Of a stretch of 64,000 nucleotides of DNA, positions 11,001-18,917 are shown in pieces. Position 1 is the stretch's first letter. Every line of letters begins with the position of its first letter. The notes below the pieces were generated by a model, which saw only the letters and a program-made list of their open reading frames with translations, searched no databases and was not told where the DNA came from. A program made the position numbers and the translations under genes. Origin of the DNA: a virus (Duplodnaviria > Caudoviricetes); the IMG/VR virus record IMGVR_UViG_3300031088_000782, positions 64,001-128,000 of that record; one strand, 5' to 3'.

Positions 11001-11114
11001 GCCAATATCAACACTTTGCGAGCTTCTATGCAAAATGTCCTTACAAAAGGACAGAATAAAGGTCGAATTCCAGAGAAAAATAAAGATCAAAAAGATGACA
11101 GAAGGAATGAATAA
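8055..11114 (+). CDS. Second VirB6/TrbL/TcpH-like polytopic membrane protein (paralog)
   Basis: Shares blocks with the previous ORF (CTFWDTFLMTPWVEGQFGT vs CENWRAFAFNPWVYGQWGT; NWALYQ vs NWAVYQ; TAYSGEWKYI vs TSYAGEWDHI); CxxC...CxxC in the tail; TGATG overlap. Confidence 0.6.
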   Translation: MTAYISTPAHSTRLKSKKVKVSVSLILAFLVALVGTGILAIAANAKKAEAFDVTQYVMCDVLPAPAPQFYQSTQSDDMHFLTRSKSAITGGNNDVEIGLNWILDLFGPGYKEINQDITGQSLDIVAPDKEEEGGNNNGDDEGNSGEDGEEKKNYNKGVKVTPFDRFGVAGLNFTAYSGEWKYIVIDACNADGEPSDPKAGVYYDDRLEPRSTWDDMDNSKDIRTIQFTKGLGAQLVSSFNDVMANAVFSVTKTVVVITIGVINFAFSDVTKAIGMDQLIGDKGGIFDMIFKGVFTPLIAMIFVITAANIFYLAVVKRQFRNSLGILVRSIALFLIAIIISTNPGFWISIPNKIAVMGQSIIITALNTNMTTGDGLCATDIGSKKIDLVTKKKTKNEADLLTKTSENMRSAIGCTFWDTFLMTPWVEGQFGTEWNKLWAKGKTAKWAPEGSSELKNGNGKMVGNAEVPVGDGKVINNWALYQISTQTNVHVPTGHEGEKSKYTSGIANDWWRIVDAVSNYDEEKISETVAGTGEHGTDQEIEYTVPKESSKPTKYWDDWSGNNTWNRVTTALSSLVIASIGTALPLFFGLMSAVYAFGIVLLMMFAPIMLLLGCWGGRGWEIFKGWAEILVNTLSKRIATGLLLGLSITFIVKIIKLMEDIPWWQGITLLILITVLLFKVRHKIYDIFASFRFSTTNFGETASRLNKNLSSKASAYSKNAGKIALGSVGGGAGSKFAGGSFKSGAMSGFKKEFENMTFRSNSKFLSHARMTKDSFRANEAGGDDELFRGSKYCGICGKLIATEEDQKGTQLFHGGRRADGTLICLECYQDGVDPDASEVIQRSKPDKNEKLKDPKLLAQDKKIQSNYRRIFSKESTIKHGSNQQILNDLENEKGVDGKNAVPLTMKERSKKITQLSKFVSKDILLYIESDTKEIPEIPDFLKPYLNDRDLKFGWEQGDYEYIQAMYAGAIVTWYNQNFDLENDANINTLRASMQNVLTKGQNKGRIPEKNKDQKDDRRNE

Positions 11115-11116
11115 TA

Positions 11117-11431
11117 ATGAGGTTAAGTATTGTTGATGAAGCTGTTTGTGAAAAAATAGCTGCAATTAAAAAAGTTTTCACCGCACACAATAAGTTAACT
11201 GAAAGGTTATCTAATGATGTTGAAGGGTTTTTCCCTGAAGAAATTCTGTCTAATTCTGATAACATTTCTATGCTGGAAAGCTACTGGGAATTTCAAAAGT
11301 ATGACCTTATTCTGCAAGAGTATGTTTCTATATGGATTCGATTCTATGAATATGTCTATGATGAAGAAACTGCTTTTTCTGAGGAAGATTTTATTAACGG
11401 AAAAGTTCAGGGATACTTAAATATTATTTAA
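11117..11431 (+). CDS. Hypothetical protein
   Basis: 104-aa ORF coupled to the upstream gene. Confidence 0.65.
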   Translation: MRLSIVDEAVCEKIAAIKKVFTAHNKLTERLSNDVEGFFPEEILSNSDNISMLESYWEFQKYDLILQEYVSIWIRFYEYVYDEETAFSEEDFINGKVQGYLNII

Positions 11432-11484
11432 AATTTTCATAACAATTTCAACATTAGAGAATTTTAAAAATATTGATTAATGCT

Positions 11485-11490
11485 GATATT
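11485..11490 (+). promoter_or_regulatory. GATATW candidate promoter motif
   Basis: GATATT 46 nt before ATG 11531. Confidence 0.5.
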
Positions 11491-11530
11491 GTTACTACAA
11501 GTTTTTATTACATGATGATAAGGAAACAAA

Positions 11531-12916
11531 ATGGGATTCCTCGATAAAGCTAAAAGTACAATCAAAAAGACCACAAAAAACATTGGCGAAGAAACTGTTA
11601 ATGTCGTTGACTATGATGAAGTTTACGAAAAACAAGAAAGAGCAAAGAAACAACGTTTTCCTAAACAAAAAGCGCCTACTGAGGAGCTTGAGCCTGTTGA
11701 TTATGACAACGAACTAGAATCAGAAGAAGAAGAAGAATATTACGACTATGATCATGAGAACGATAACAGAATGTCATCACATGAGGACATCCCTATGGTT
11801 GAAGAAACAGCTTTTGATATAGACATTAGCGAAACAAAAGATTTTATTGCTGAAAAGCAAGAAGTCGAAAGAAGCGAAAGGCATCCTGATAAAAAAGGTA
11901 AGGAAGAAGTTGTCAAAGACATTTTAGAAGTTTTAAACATTCCTATTACTTTTGAAATTGAGAGTGATGTGTATCTACCAGAAGATTTGAAAGATATATC
12001 ATTTGATTTACAAGTTCCTCAAGGTTATGAAATTGGAGAAGTGAACACTTTTGTTTCTCGTGTAAAAGTTTCGATCAACAGATTGGTCGATTTGTTGAAG
12101 CAGAGAAACGAACATGTCGCAAAACTTGCTAGCATGGTAGACAGATTGCAGGTTGATGTCAATAACATGAAGTTCCAGAATGAAGTTGCGAATGGAATTA
12201 ATGTTATGCCTACTTCTTCTTCTGAAAGCGAAGACATTGAAAATGAAAACTTTGAACTTCGTCTTGCTGTGAAACGACTTCAAGAGGAACTTGACAATGT
12301 ATATAGAGAGAACAAGAATTCTTCCGCTTCAAATGGCGAATTGTCTGAATCTCAAAGAGAAAAATTTGATGAACTTCAAGATGAATTGTCTCTTGCACAA
12401 AGAGAAAATGAAGAACTTCGTGATGAAATCTATGACCTGAAAAATCAGAATGCTATTCTTATTGAAAATCAAGATATGCTTGAAGAACAGCAATACGATC
12501 AACAGTATGATTATGATCAGTCAAACAACCATTCGTCTGCTTACGATTTTGATGACGCAAATTCAAACACCATTGTTTATGAAGAAGATGAAGAATTAGA
12601 ACTTCCACAAGAAGAGCTAGAGAATCTTTCCTCTTATGGCAATGACTCACATATTCCTGATCCAGACCAAAATTCTCTATTCTATGATGAAGATTCTGAA
12701 TCTACAGATGATTTCTTATTGAATAATGCTGAATATTACGATAGAGATCTAAGCGAAAATCCACAAAATGATGACTTCTTTGTTTATGACAATGATGATA
12801 GTAATAACGAGAATAATAATACTTACGAAACAGAAACAGACGGAAATTTCACATACTATGAAGATGATGACAGTGATGATGTTCTGAATAATCTTCAGGA
12901 TTGGAAGAATAAGTGA
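11531..12916 (+). CDS. Acidic coiled-coil protein with internal DivIVA/Wag31-like domain
   Basis: YLPEDLKDISFDLQVPQGYEIGEVNTFVSRV (from nt 11972) resembles the DivIVA N-terminal TPxDIxxxxF...GYxxxEVDxFL motif and is followed by long heptad repeats. Confidence 0.65.
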   Translation: MGFLDKAKSTIKKTTKNIGEETVNVVDYDEVYEKQERAKKQRFPKQKAPTEELEPVDYDNELESEEEEEYYDYDHENDNRMSSHEDIPMVEETAFDIDISETKDFIAEKQEVERSERHPDKKGKEEVVKDILEVLNIPITFEIESDVYLPEDLKDISFDLQVPQGYEIGEVNTFVSRVKVSINRLVDLLKQRNEHVAKLASMVDRLQVDVNNMKFQNEVANGINVMPTSSSESEDIENENFELRLAVKRLQEELDNVYRENKNSSASNGELSESQREKFDELQDELSLAQRENEELRDEIYDLKNQNAILIENQDMLEEQQYDQQYDYDQSNNHSSAYDFDDANSNTIVYEEDEELELPQEELENLSSYGNDSHIPDPDQNSLFYDEDSESTDDFLLNNAEYYDRDLSENPQNDDFFVYDNDDSNNENNNTYETETDGNFTYYEDDDSDDVLNNLQDWKNK

Positions 12917-13473
12917 TCACTACTACAGATTTTTCGTTTCTGGAATTATTCGCTTTGCATCTTTTTCCTTTAATAATCGGACTAATTATTGTCAAACTTG
13001 TAAAAATATCTTTAGCAAAGTTTATTCCAATATACTTTTCACTTGCGACTGTAAGTATTTTACTGAAACAATTTTATTATTCAAGTGAATACTTATGGGT
13101 TAGTGTTATTACAGTAGTTGCAGGCTTTGTTGTTTTAGTGATAATGAGTGGATTTGTAGGAAATAAACTATCGTCTGTCAACTATGAATCTATTCTTTTA
13201 TCACTTGGTTTGTTCCCTTGGCTTTTGGATTGGAGAATGTCTGTTGCTTTTATAGTCATTTTTGGATTTGTTATTATGGTTCATTCTTTAATAAAACAGA
13301 AAAAAGCATTTAAAAAGATCGAAGCTCAATATATGTCTTTGAAAGAAGCTAAAATAAAGCTTTCCAAAGAGAAATATGAAACTTTCAGAAAATCCGCTGG
13401 GGTTATCTATGCTGTTCCTATGATTATAGCAGCACTTATTTCTACTTTAATGTTTTCTACAAGCTTCATTTAA
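12913..13473 (+). CDS. Multi-TM membrane protein, possibly a degenerate A24 prepilin-peptidase-like fold
   Basis: About 6 hydrophobic segments; C-terminal IYAVPMIIAA resembles the A24 PFxP end; catalytic Asp motifs not seen. Confidence 0.6.
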   Translation: MITTTDFSFLELFALHLFPLIIGLIIVKLVKISLAKFIPIYFSLATVSILLKQFYYSSEYLWVSVITVVAGFVVLVIMSGFVGNKLSSVNYESILLSLGLFPWLLDWRMSVAFIVIFGFVIMVHSLIKQKKAFKKIEAQYMSLKEAKIKLSKEKYETFRKSAGVIYAVPMIIAALISTLMFSTSFI

Positions 13474-13551
13474 TAAAAGTTTAAAATATTCCTTTGTTAT
13501 TTTTTTTAATCCATTTCAATACACTATATAAATTTTGTGTAACTGATATAA

Positions 13552-13607
13552 TATTCCTTGTTTAATGGAATAGTCATATTAAGTTATGACAATTAGAACA
13601 GTTCTAA
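13552..13607. repeat. Three abutting short inverted repeats
   Basis: tattcc-N9-ggaata (13552-13572), gtcata-N6-tatgac (13573-13590), ttagaac-a-gttctaa (13593-13607). Confidence 0.7.
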
Positions 13608-13617
13608 CTTGATAGTT

Positions 13618-13623
13618 GATATT
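13618..13623 (+). promoter_or_regulatory. GATATW candidate promoter motif
   Basis: GATATT 49 nt before ATG 13667. Confidence 0.5.
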
Positions 13624-13666
13624 TCTATTGTAAAGTTTGAAGACTATTTAGTGTTAATGGAGAATT

Positions 13667-14728
13667 ATGGGAACAGATAATAACAATAATTCAGATTTAT
13701 TTGATTTGAATGATGATTCCTTTCAATCCTTAGATGATTTGATTGCTGATGATAACAAAGCAAAAGATGACGCGGATGAGATTATTAATAGAGATAAAAA
13801 AAGATCGTTGATCAAAAAAGTTTCTATTATTGGTGGATCTGCTCTTTTGGTGTGTCTTCTTACTGGAAGCTTGTTTTTAATTAATCCTTTCGGGGGAGAT
13901 CAGAATGTCGGTAAGGATGACAAAAAAACAGTAGCTATTGATAACGATAGTAAAACTACAAAAATTTCAGCTGAAGATGAAGAAGTTAATGAGGATGAAT
14001 TCTACCGTGAAAAGGGAAAAAAGTACCCAAATAAATTAGACAAATGGCAAACAGTTTCTCATGATGAACAGAAAAAATCAGAATTGAATGATGAAATAAT
14101 TAAAAAAGAATCTGGTTCATCTTTAGGTAACGATGCTAATATCCTTCCCTCAGAGAGTATAGGATATACTTCTGATGACTCAAAAGAATTCTTAAAGGAT
14201 GGGAGTATCAATCCTGATTACAGTTATTGGACTTCAGAAGTTTATACATCTGAAGCGGGAGAACATATTGAAAGATTATTAAATCCGACATTTGGAGATT
14301 GGGGGCGAGCGCAATATTCTTCTTATCCTGGTAACAAATATTTTGAAATTGGAAAAATCAGCGATATGTTCACATCTGATTGGATGAAAGAAAATAACGG
14401 AAAGAAGTATTCTGAATTCGTTCCTGTTTATGCTGATTGGAATGGAAATGACTACAATATGGAAGATAGGCTTTTGTCTTCTGGGCCAAGATGGTATGGG
14501 GAAGTGACAAGCAGCACTTCTGATTTCAAGTTTGATGAAGAGGTTCAGCAATACACAGTAGATTACAAAGCGAAAGTTAAATTTACAGCATGGGCTAAAG
14601 ATCAGAGTAAGTTAGAAAAGACAGGAACATTAACTTTACAATTTGTGTCTGATAACAGCAGTCCAAATGATAGTGGTAGCAAATACAAGGTTTTGATTAA
14701 CAAATCAAACCTAAAGGTGGATAAGTAA
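13667..14728 (+). CDS. Bitopic membrane protein, possible VirB8/TcpC-like transfer component
   Basis: Acidic cytoplasmic N-terminus, one TM, ectodomain ending in beta-strand-like segments. The family call is inference from topology and context. Confidence 0.55.
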   Translation: MGTDNNNNSDLFDLNDDSFQSLDDLIADDNKAKDDADEIINRDKKRSLIKKVSIIGGSALLVCLLTGSLFLINPFGGDQNVGKDDKKTVAIDNDSKTTKISAEDEEVNEDEFYREKGKKYPNKLDKWQTVSHDEQKKSELNDEIIKKESGSSLGNDANILPSESIGYTSDDSKEFLKDGSINPDYSYWTSEVYTSEAGEHIERLLNPTFGDWGRAQYSSYPGNKYFEIGKISDMFTSDWMKENNGKKYSEFVPVYADWNGNDYNMEDRLLSSGPRWYGEVTSSTSDFKFDEEVQQYTVDYKAKVKFTAWAKDQSKLEKTGTLTLQFVSDNSSPNDSGSKYKVLINKSNLKVDK

Positions 14729-14729
14729 A

Positions 14730-16847
14730 ATGAAAAATTCTAAGTTCGGAAAGATTTTGGGAACAACAGTAGCTTTAGTTACCGCCCTTACTCTGGCTGC
14801 TCCATCTACATCTTTCGCTGCTAATGGAGGCGGAGATACTGGTGGTGGAACTGGCGGCGGTGGCAATGGTGGCGGAAGCCAAACAAGTGTGCAATGGGCC
14901 TCCATTACTAACAAAAATGCTGGTAAGGCATACAGTAAATTTCTTGGGAAAACAGGATTACCTAAAGCTAACGTTGAAAGAGAAATTAGAAAGCGTGTTG
15001 GCGACCTCAATGTTTGTAAGCGTTCAAATGTTATTTGGTTCATAAAATCAGGCGGGAACTGGACATTCAACTACACTGGAGCTACTCATGGAAAAGCATG
15101 GAATGGTAGGGGAACAATCGAGAACCCTAAAACAAAGTATGGTTCTCGTGGTCCTACTGATGCTGAAATAAGAGCCTTCAAAGTGTGGGACAAAACCGAG
15201 AATAAAACTAAAATCAATAAGAAACCAGGATACACAATTATCTGCTCTGGTGCATTCAGTATGCCCGACAAAAAGTGGAAAGAAGTCAGCAAATCTTCAA
15301 ATACAACAAGTAAAGATAAAAAATACACTAATCCTTACACTTGGACAACTGACATTAAACGACAGAATATCCAGAAAAAAGCGAAAGGCACAATAAATAA
15401 AGATCTGATTGGAGAAGAGAACTTAACAGATCAGAAAGGAACTCCTGTAAAGAGCAACTTCGGTAAATTGTGGGATAAAGTAAAAGCAGGCAAATACAAA
15501 AATTTGAAAACTTCTGAATTGAAGAAAAAAGTTGATGCAGCTGTAAAGAAAGATGAAAGCAAAGCACATGGAACAGTCAATCTTAATGCAAAAAATAAAG
15601 CTGGAATGGCTGAGGGTGGAGTTCTTAACGTTTATGAAAGAACACTTCCTGCAACTATTACTTCTACTGAAAAAGTCACTACTGTAACTACAACAACTTG
15701 TAATTTTACTCAAAAATGGGATATGAAGAAAGGCAAATATAAGGATCCTACAAAGAAATGTAAAGATACTAAAGCGAAATCATCTAAGTTCTCTGTTTCT
15801 GCATCAAAAGCTACACAGCAGAACACAGGATTTTGGCAAATGCTTTCGGTTCATTGCAACAAAATCGAACTTGAAGCATTGTTGAAAGCTGATAAGAGTA
15901 TTAAAGTTGTTGATACAGGAGACTCCACTAAGGGAATTGCCGCTGTTGTCTACAGTAAGAAATACAAACAACAACCAGCTGAATTAGATTTTGGTGACGC
16001 CGAAAACAGCAACAAAGCGAAAGCTGCAACAGGTCTATTAGGATTCTATGATAAAGAATGCCCATTCGACTGTACTCCAAGCTCAAATTCAGGAGACGGA
16101 GCAAGTAATGCTAATGGGGCAACAAAGAACAAGGGAACAAATTCAGAAAATGTTGTATCAGGTGGAAAATATGGTGCAACATCTGACGGAAAGAGCAATA
16201 ATTTCTTTGAATTCTTCCGTGATAATGAAGAGAAAGCTGTATCTGTTGATGTTTGGTATCCAAAGAGTTCAGGTGTTGTGAAATATGATAAGAAAGCACC
16301 GAAAACTACAACAATCATCCGAGATCCTGAAGGTACGCCTGGTGTTACAGGAAAAGATGGTGGTAAATTCACCATGAAAACCAAAGGCGGAACAGAGCTA
16401 TTCACAAAAGCACAAGATGCGAAAACTCAAAAGAATTGGAGTGAAGATATATTCTCAAACTCTAATGCAACAATTCTTAAAGGTTTGGAAAGAGAATTCC
16501 TTGTGAAAGCAACTTGGGCTTCAGATACGAATAAACCACAGGTTATCAATACCAAATGGGAATACGATGCTGATGTATCTACTAAGTTCTTTGGAAAAAA
16601 TGTAGGTTTCGGAGCTAAGAGTGCACAGAAAACAGGAAGTGTTGTGACAGCATCAACACCAATTGAAGGAAAATGTTACTCAAACTTTGGAACAAAATCA
16701 CAGTTTGATACAAGTAAATTGTTCAACACCAACACAGGAACAGGAACAACAAACGGTCTAGATAAGAATGTTCTTGAAAAGGCAACAAAGCCACAAGAGA
16801 AACAAACTAATCTTGTGTTCAACTTTGTTCGCTCAACCACAGAGTGA
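14730..16847 (+). CDS. Large secreted Lys/Thr-rich protein (adhesin- or pilus-associated candidate)
   Basis: Classical signal peptide (MKNSKFGKILGTTVALVTALTLAAPSTSFA), Gly-rich linker, several Cys. Confidence 0.7.
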   Translation: MKNSKFGKILGTTVALVTALTLAAPSTSFAANGGGDTGGGTGGGGNGGGSQTSVQWASITNKNAGKAYSKFLGKTGLPKANVEREIRKRVGDLNVCKRSNVIWFIKSGGNWTFNYTGATHGKAWNGRGTIENPKTKYGSRGPTDAEIRAFKVWDKTENKTKINKKPGYTIICSGAFSMPDKKWKEVSKSSNTTSKDKKYTNPYTWTTDIKRQNIQKKAKGTINKDLIGEENLTDQKGTPVKSNFGKLWDKVKAGKYKNLKTSELKKKVDAAVKKDESKAHGTVNLNAKNKAGMAEGGVLNVYERTLPATITSTEKVTTVTTTTCNFTQKWDMKKGKYKDPTKKCKDTKAKSSKFSVSASKATQQNTGFWQMLSVHCNKIELEALLKADKSIKVVDTGDSTKGIAAVVYSKKYKQQPAELDFGDAENSNKAKAATGLLGFYDKECPFDCTPSSNSGDGASNANGATKNKGTNSENVVSGGKYGATSDGKSNNFFEFFRDNEEKAVSVDVWYPKSSGVVKYDKKAPKTTTIIRDPEGTPGVTGKDGGKFTMKTKGGTELFTKAQDAKTQKNWSEDIFSNSNATILKGLEREFLVKATWASDTNKPQVINTKWEYDADVSTKFFGKNVGFGAKSAQKTGSVVTASTPIEGKCYSNFGTKSQFDTSKLFNTNTGTGTTNGLDKNVLEKATKPQEKQTNLVFNFVRSTTE

Positions 16848-16882
16848 TATATAGTTTATAATAATTGATATTACTTTAAACC

Positions 16883-16918
16883 GATGAGGGTATCTTGTCT
16901 CGGCAGGATACCCTCATC
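16883..16918 (+). terminator. Terminator-like hairpin
   Basis: gatgagggtatcttg / caggataccctcatc, 15-bp stem with one G-U. Confidence 0.8.
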
Positions 16919-16952
16919 TTATTTGTAGACAGATGACAACATTGAGGAATAA

Positions 16953-18098
16953 ATGACAGATAGTATTGAAATTGATGCAACAGTAAAGGAGGAAAGCGAA
17001 GAAGAAACTGTAGAAGAAACTCCTGGAAACAACAGAAAAAAGAAAAGAAGAAAAAGAGATGTAATAAAGAAAACCATTAAAGAAGATTCTGGTTTATCTC
17101 TTTTAAAAGTAAGTATAACCGTATTGACAGCTGTTTCAATGGCTCTTATATCTTCTAAATTGACAGGTTTTGTCAACAGTTTAATGTTGGTCGCTTTAGT
17201 TTCCATAGGTTCAGCTGTCATGACTGAATTTTATAGAATCATCCTGTCTCTTACCAGCCTCAGTGCGAAAAAAGTCATTCTTCCAGTTGTCAAAATAAAT
17301 CCAGATGGAACAACCAAAGAAATAGAATTAGAAACAACAGAAGAAGAAATGTCTTCAGAAGACCATAAAAATAACACTACTTCCGAAACAAACAACGAAA
17401 AAACATTAGAAACTAAAAAGCCTAATCCTGTTAAACAATATTTACACAATTCTCCATTAATGAAAATGACTTTGTTGTTCATGGTCATATCTTTGTTGAC
17501 TATTGGAGCGAATTATTTTATAACAACTCATAATGATAAAAACGCAAAGGTTGAACACACAACAACAACTGTACACACAACAGAACAAGAAAGATTATCA
17601 GATAAAGAAAAAGAATCTATAATAGATTCTGCTGTTAATGAGTCAAAAGGTGCAAATCCAAGTCAGACTGAATCAAAAAACAATAAAGATACTAAAAACA
17701 ACGAAGATAAAACTAATACCTCTTCTAATAGTTCAACATCTAACACAAAAGAAAATAATAATGATAAAACTGAAACTGAAAAAGAAACTATCATTGAAAA
17801 AGAGGTTTCAAACAAATCTCTCCCGCAGCAAATAAAGGAACTTAAAAAACAAAATAAAGAACTTCAGGATAGAATTGACTCTTTGGAAAAATCGAACAAA
17901 AACAAATCCTCTTCTTCTAGTAATAATTCATCAAACCCTGACACTAAGCTTATACAGTCATTACAAGATCAAATAGATACTCTACAAGATACTATTGATT
18001 CTCTTCAAAAGCAAATAGATGACATGGAAGAAAAAAATGATAATCAAGCACAAAAACTCAGTCCTAATTCAGCGAAAAGTTCAGCAGAAAGCAAATAA
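16953..18098 (+). CDS. Membrane protein with extracellular coiled coil
   Basis: About 3 TM segments; C-terminal heptads (LQDQIDTLQDTIDSLQKQIDDME); GAGG RBS. Confidence 0.75.
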   Translation: MTDSIEIDATVKEESEEETVEETPGNNRKKKRRKRDVIKKTIKEDSGLSLLKVSITVLTAVSMALISSKLTGFVNSLMLVALVSIGSAVMTEFYRIILSLTSLSAKKVILPVVKINPDGTTKEIELETTEEEMSSEDHKNNTTSETNNEKTLETKKPNPVKQYLHNSPLMKMTLLFMVISLLTIGANYFITTHNDKNAKVEHTTTTVHTTEQERLSDKEKESIIDSAVNESKGANPSQTESKNNKDTKNNEDKTNTSSNSSTSNTKENNNDKTETEKETIIEKEVSNKSLPQQIKELKKQNKELQDRIDSLEKSNKNKSSSSSNNSSNPDTKLIQSLQDQIDTLQDTIDSLQKQIDDMEEKNDNQAQKLSPNSAKSSAESK

Positions 18099-18535
18099 TC
18101 CTATTGCTATACCTGCAATTTTTTCCATTTTATCTAAATGCTTTCAATCTTATAGAATATTGTTAAAAATTTTAAATAAAAAACATTTTAAAATACAAAT
18201 GAGAACGCACCCTGAAAAGGTTAGATTGTAAGCCTATTTTTCAAGGTAGTTTCGTGTATTTTGAACGCAATTTTTTAAAAATCATGTTTTGAGTATCCCT
18301 GTATTAAAACAATTTTTATTTTCATCAAAAACGATTCTGACAACAAGATTTGATTTTTGCTATCAGATTCTATGATGTTTTATGTTTAACAATATTGTTA
18401 GAATGATATTAGAAGGTTATAGATAGATTATCTAATTTATCTATACGTCCTTGATTTTTCAGGAGGTGATAGAATTTTTGAAAACTGATAATAGATTGCG
18501 AAAAATTCTGTAAAAACCATAATGATAAAGGATAG

Positions 18536-18769
18536 ATGATTATGAAAATAAATAGAAAATCTGAAAACAATGAAAACAAACGTTTCAACAGAATGCTAGT
18601 CAAGATTTCTCGGGGAAGAAAAAGAAAACCCGAATACGAAGAAAAGAAAGAGATCAGAACAGCCCTCAAGCATTATCACGGCGGACAGACTGAAGCAACT
18701 AATCGCAAAACAGAAGAACATGAGGCATTACATTATGAAGAAAATGCAAATGGATTAGTCCTCACATAA
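18536..18769 (+). CDS. Small basic hypothetical protein
   Basis: 77 aa, AAGGA RBS, followed directly by a strong hairpin. Confidence 0.45.
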   Translation: MIMKINRKSENNENKRFNRMLVKISRGRKRKPEYEEKKEIRTALKHYHGGQTEATNRKTEEHEALHYEENANGLVLT

Positions 18770-18789
18770 CAATGAAAATAAACAAATAT

Positions 18790-18834
18790 TAACAAATTGC
18801 GGAAGAGTTGAATAAGCTCTTTCGCAATTTGTTA
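18790..18834 (+). terminator. Terminator-like hairpin
   Basis: taacaaattgcggaagag / ctctttcgcaatttgtta; overlaps a TGTTATAAT extended -10 for the next gene. Confidence 0.8.
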
Positions 18835-18917
18835 TAATACTCGGAGAGAACTGTTTGATAGGTGACTCACAAATACAGAAACTTTAAAAATTTGTAAGCA
18901 ATTTAGGGAGTAAAACT

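Noticed and set aside
11531-12916. GAA/GAT-rich low-complexity DNA as a repeat element (also in 36231-38174 and 52432-53379)
   Set aside because: Explained by acidic or Ser/Gly-rich disordered protein segments.
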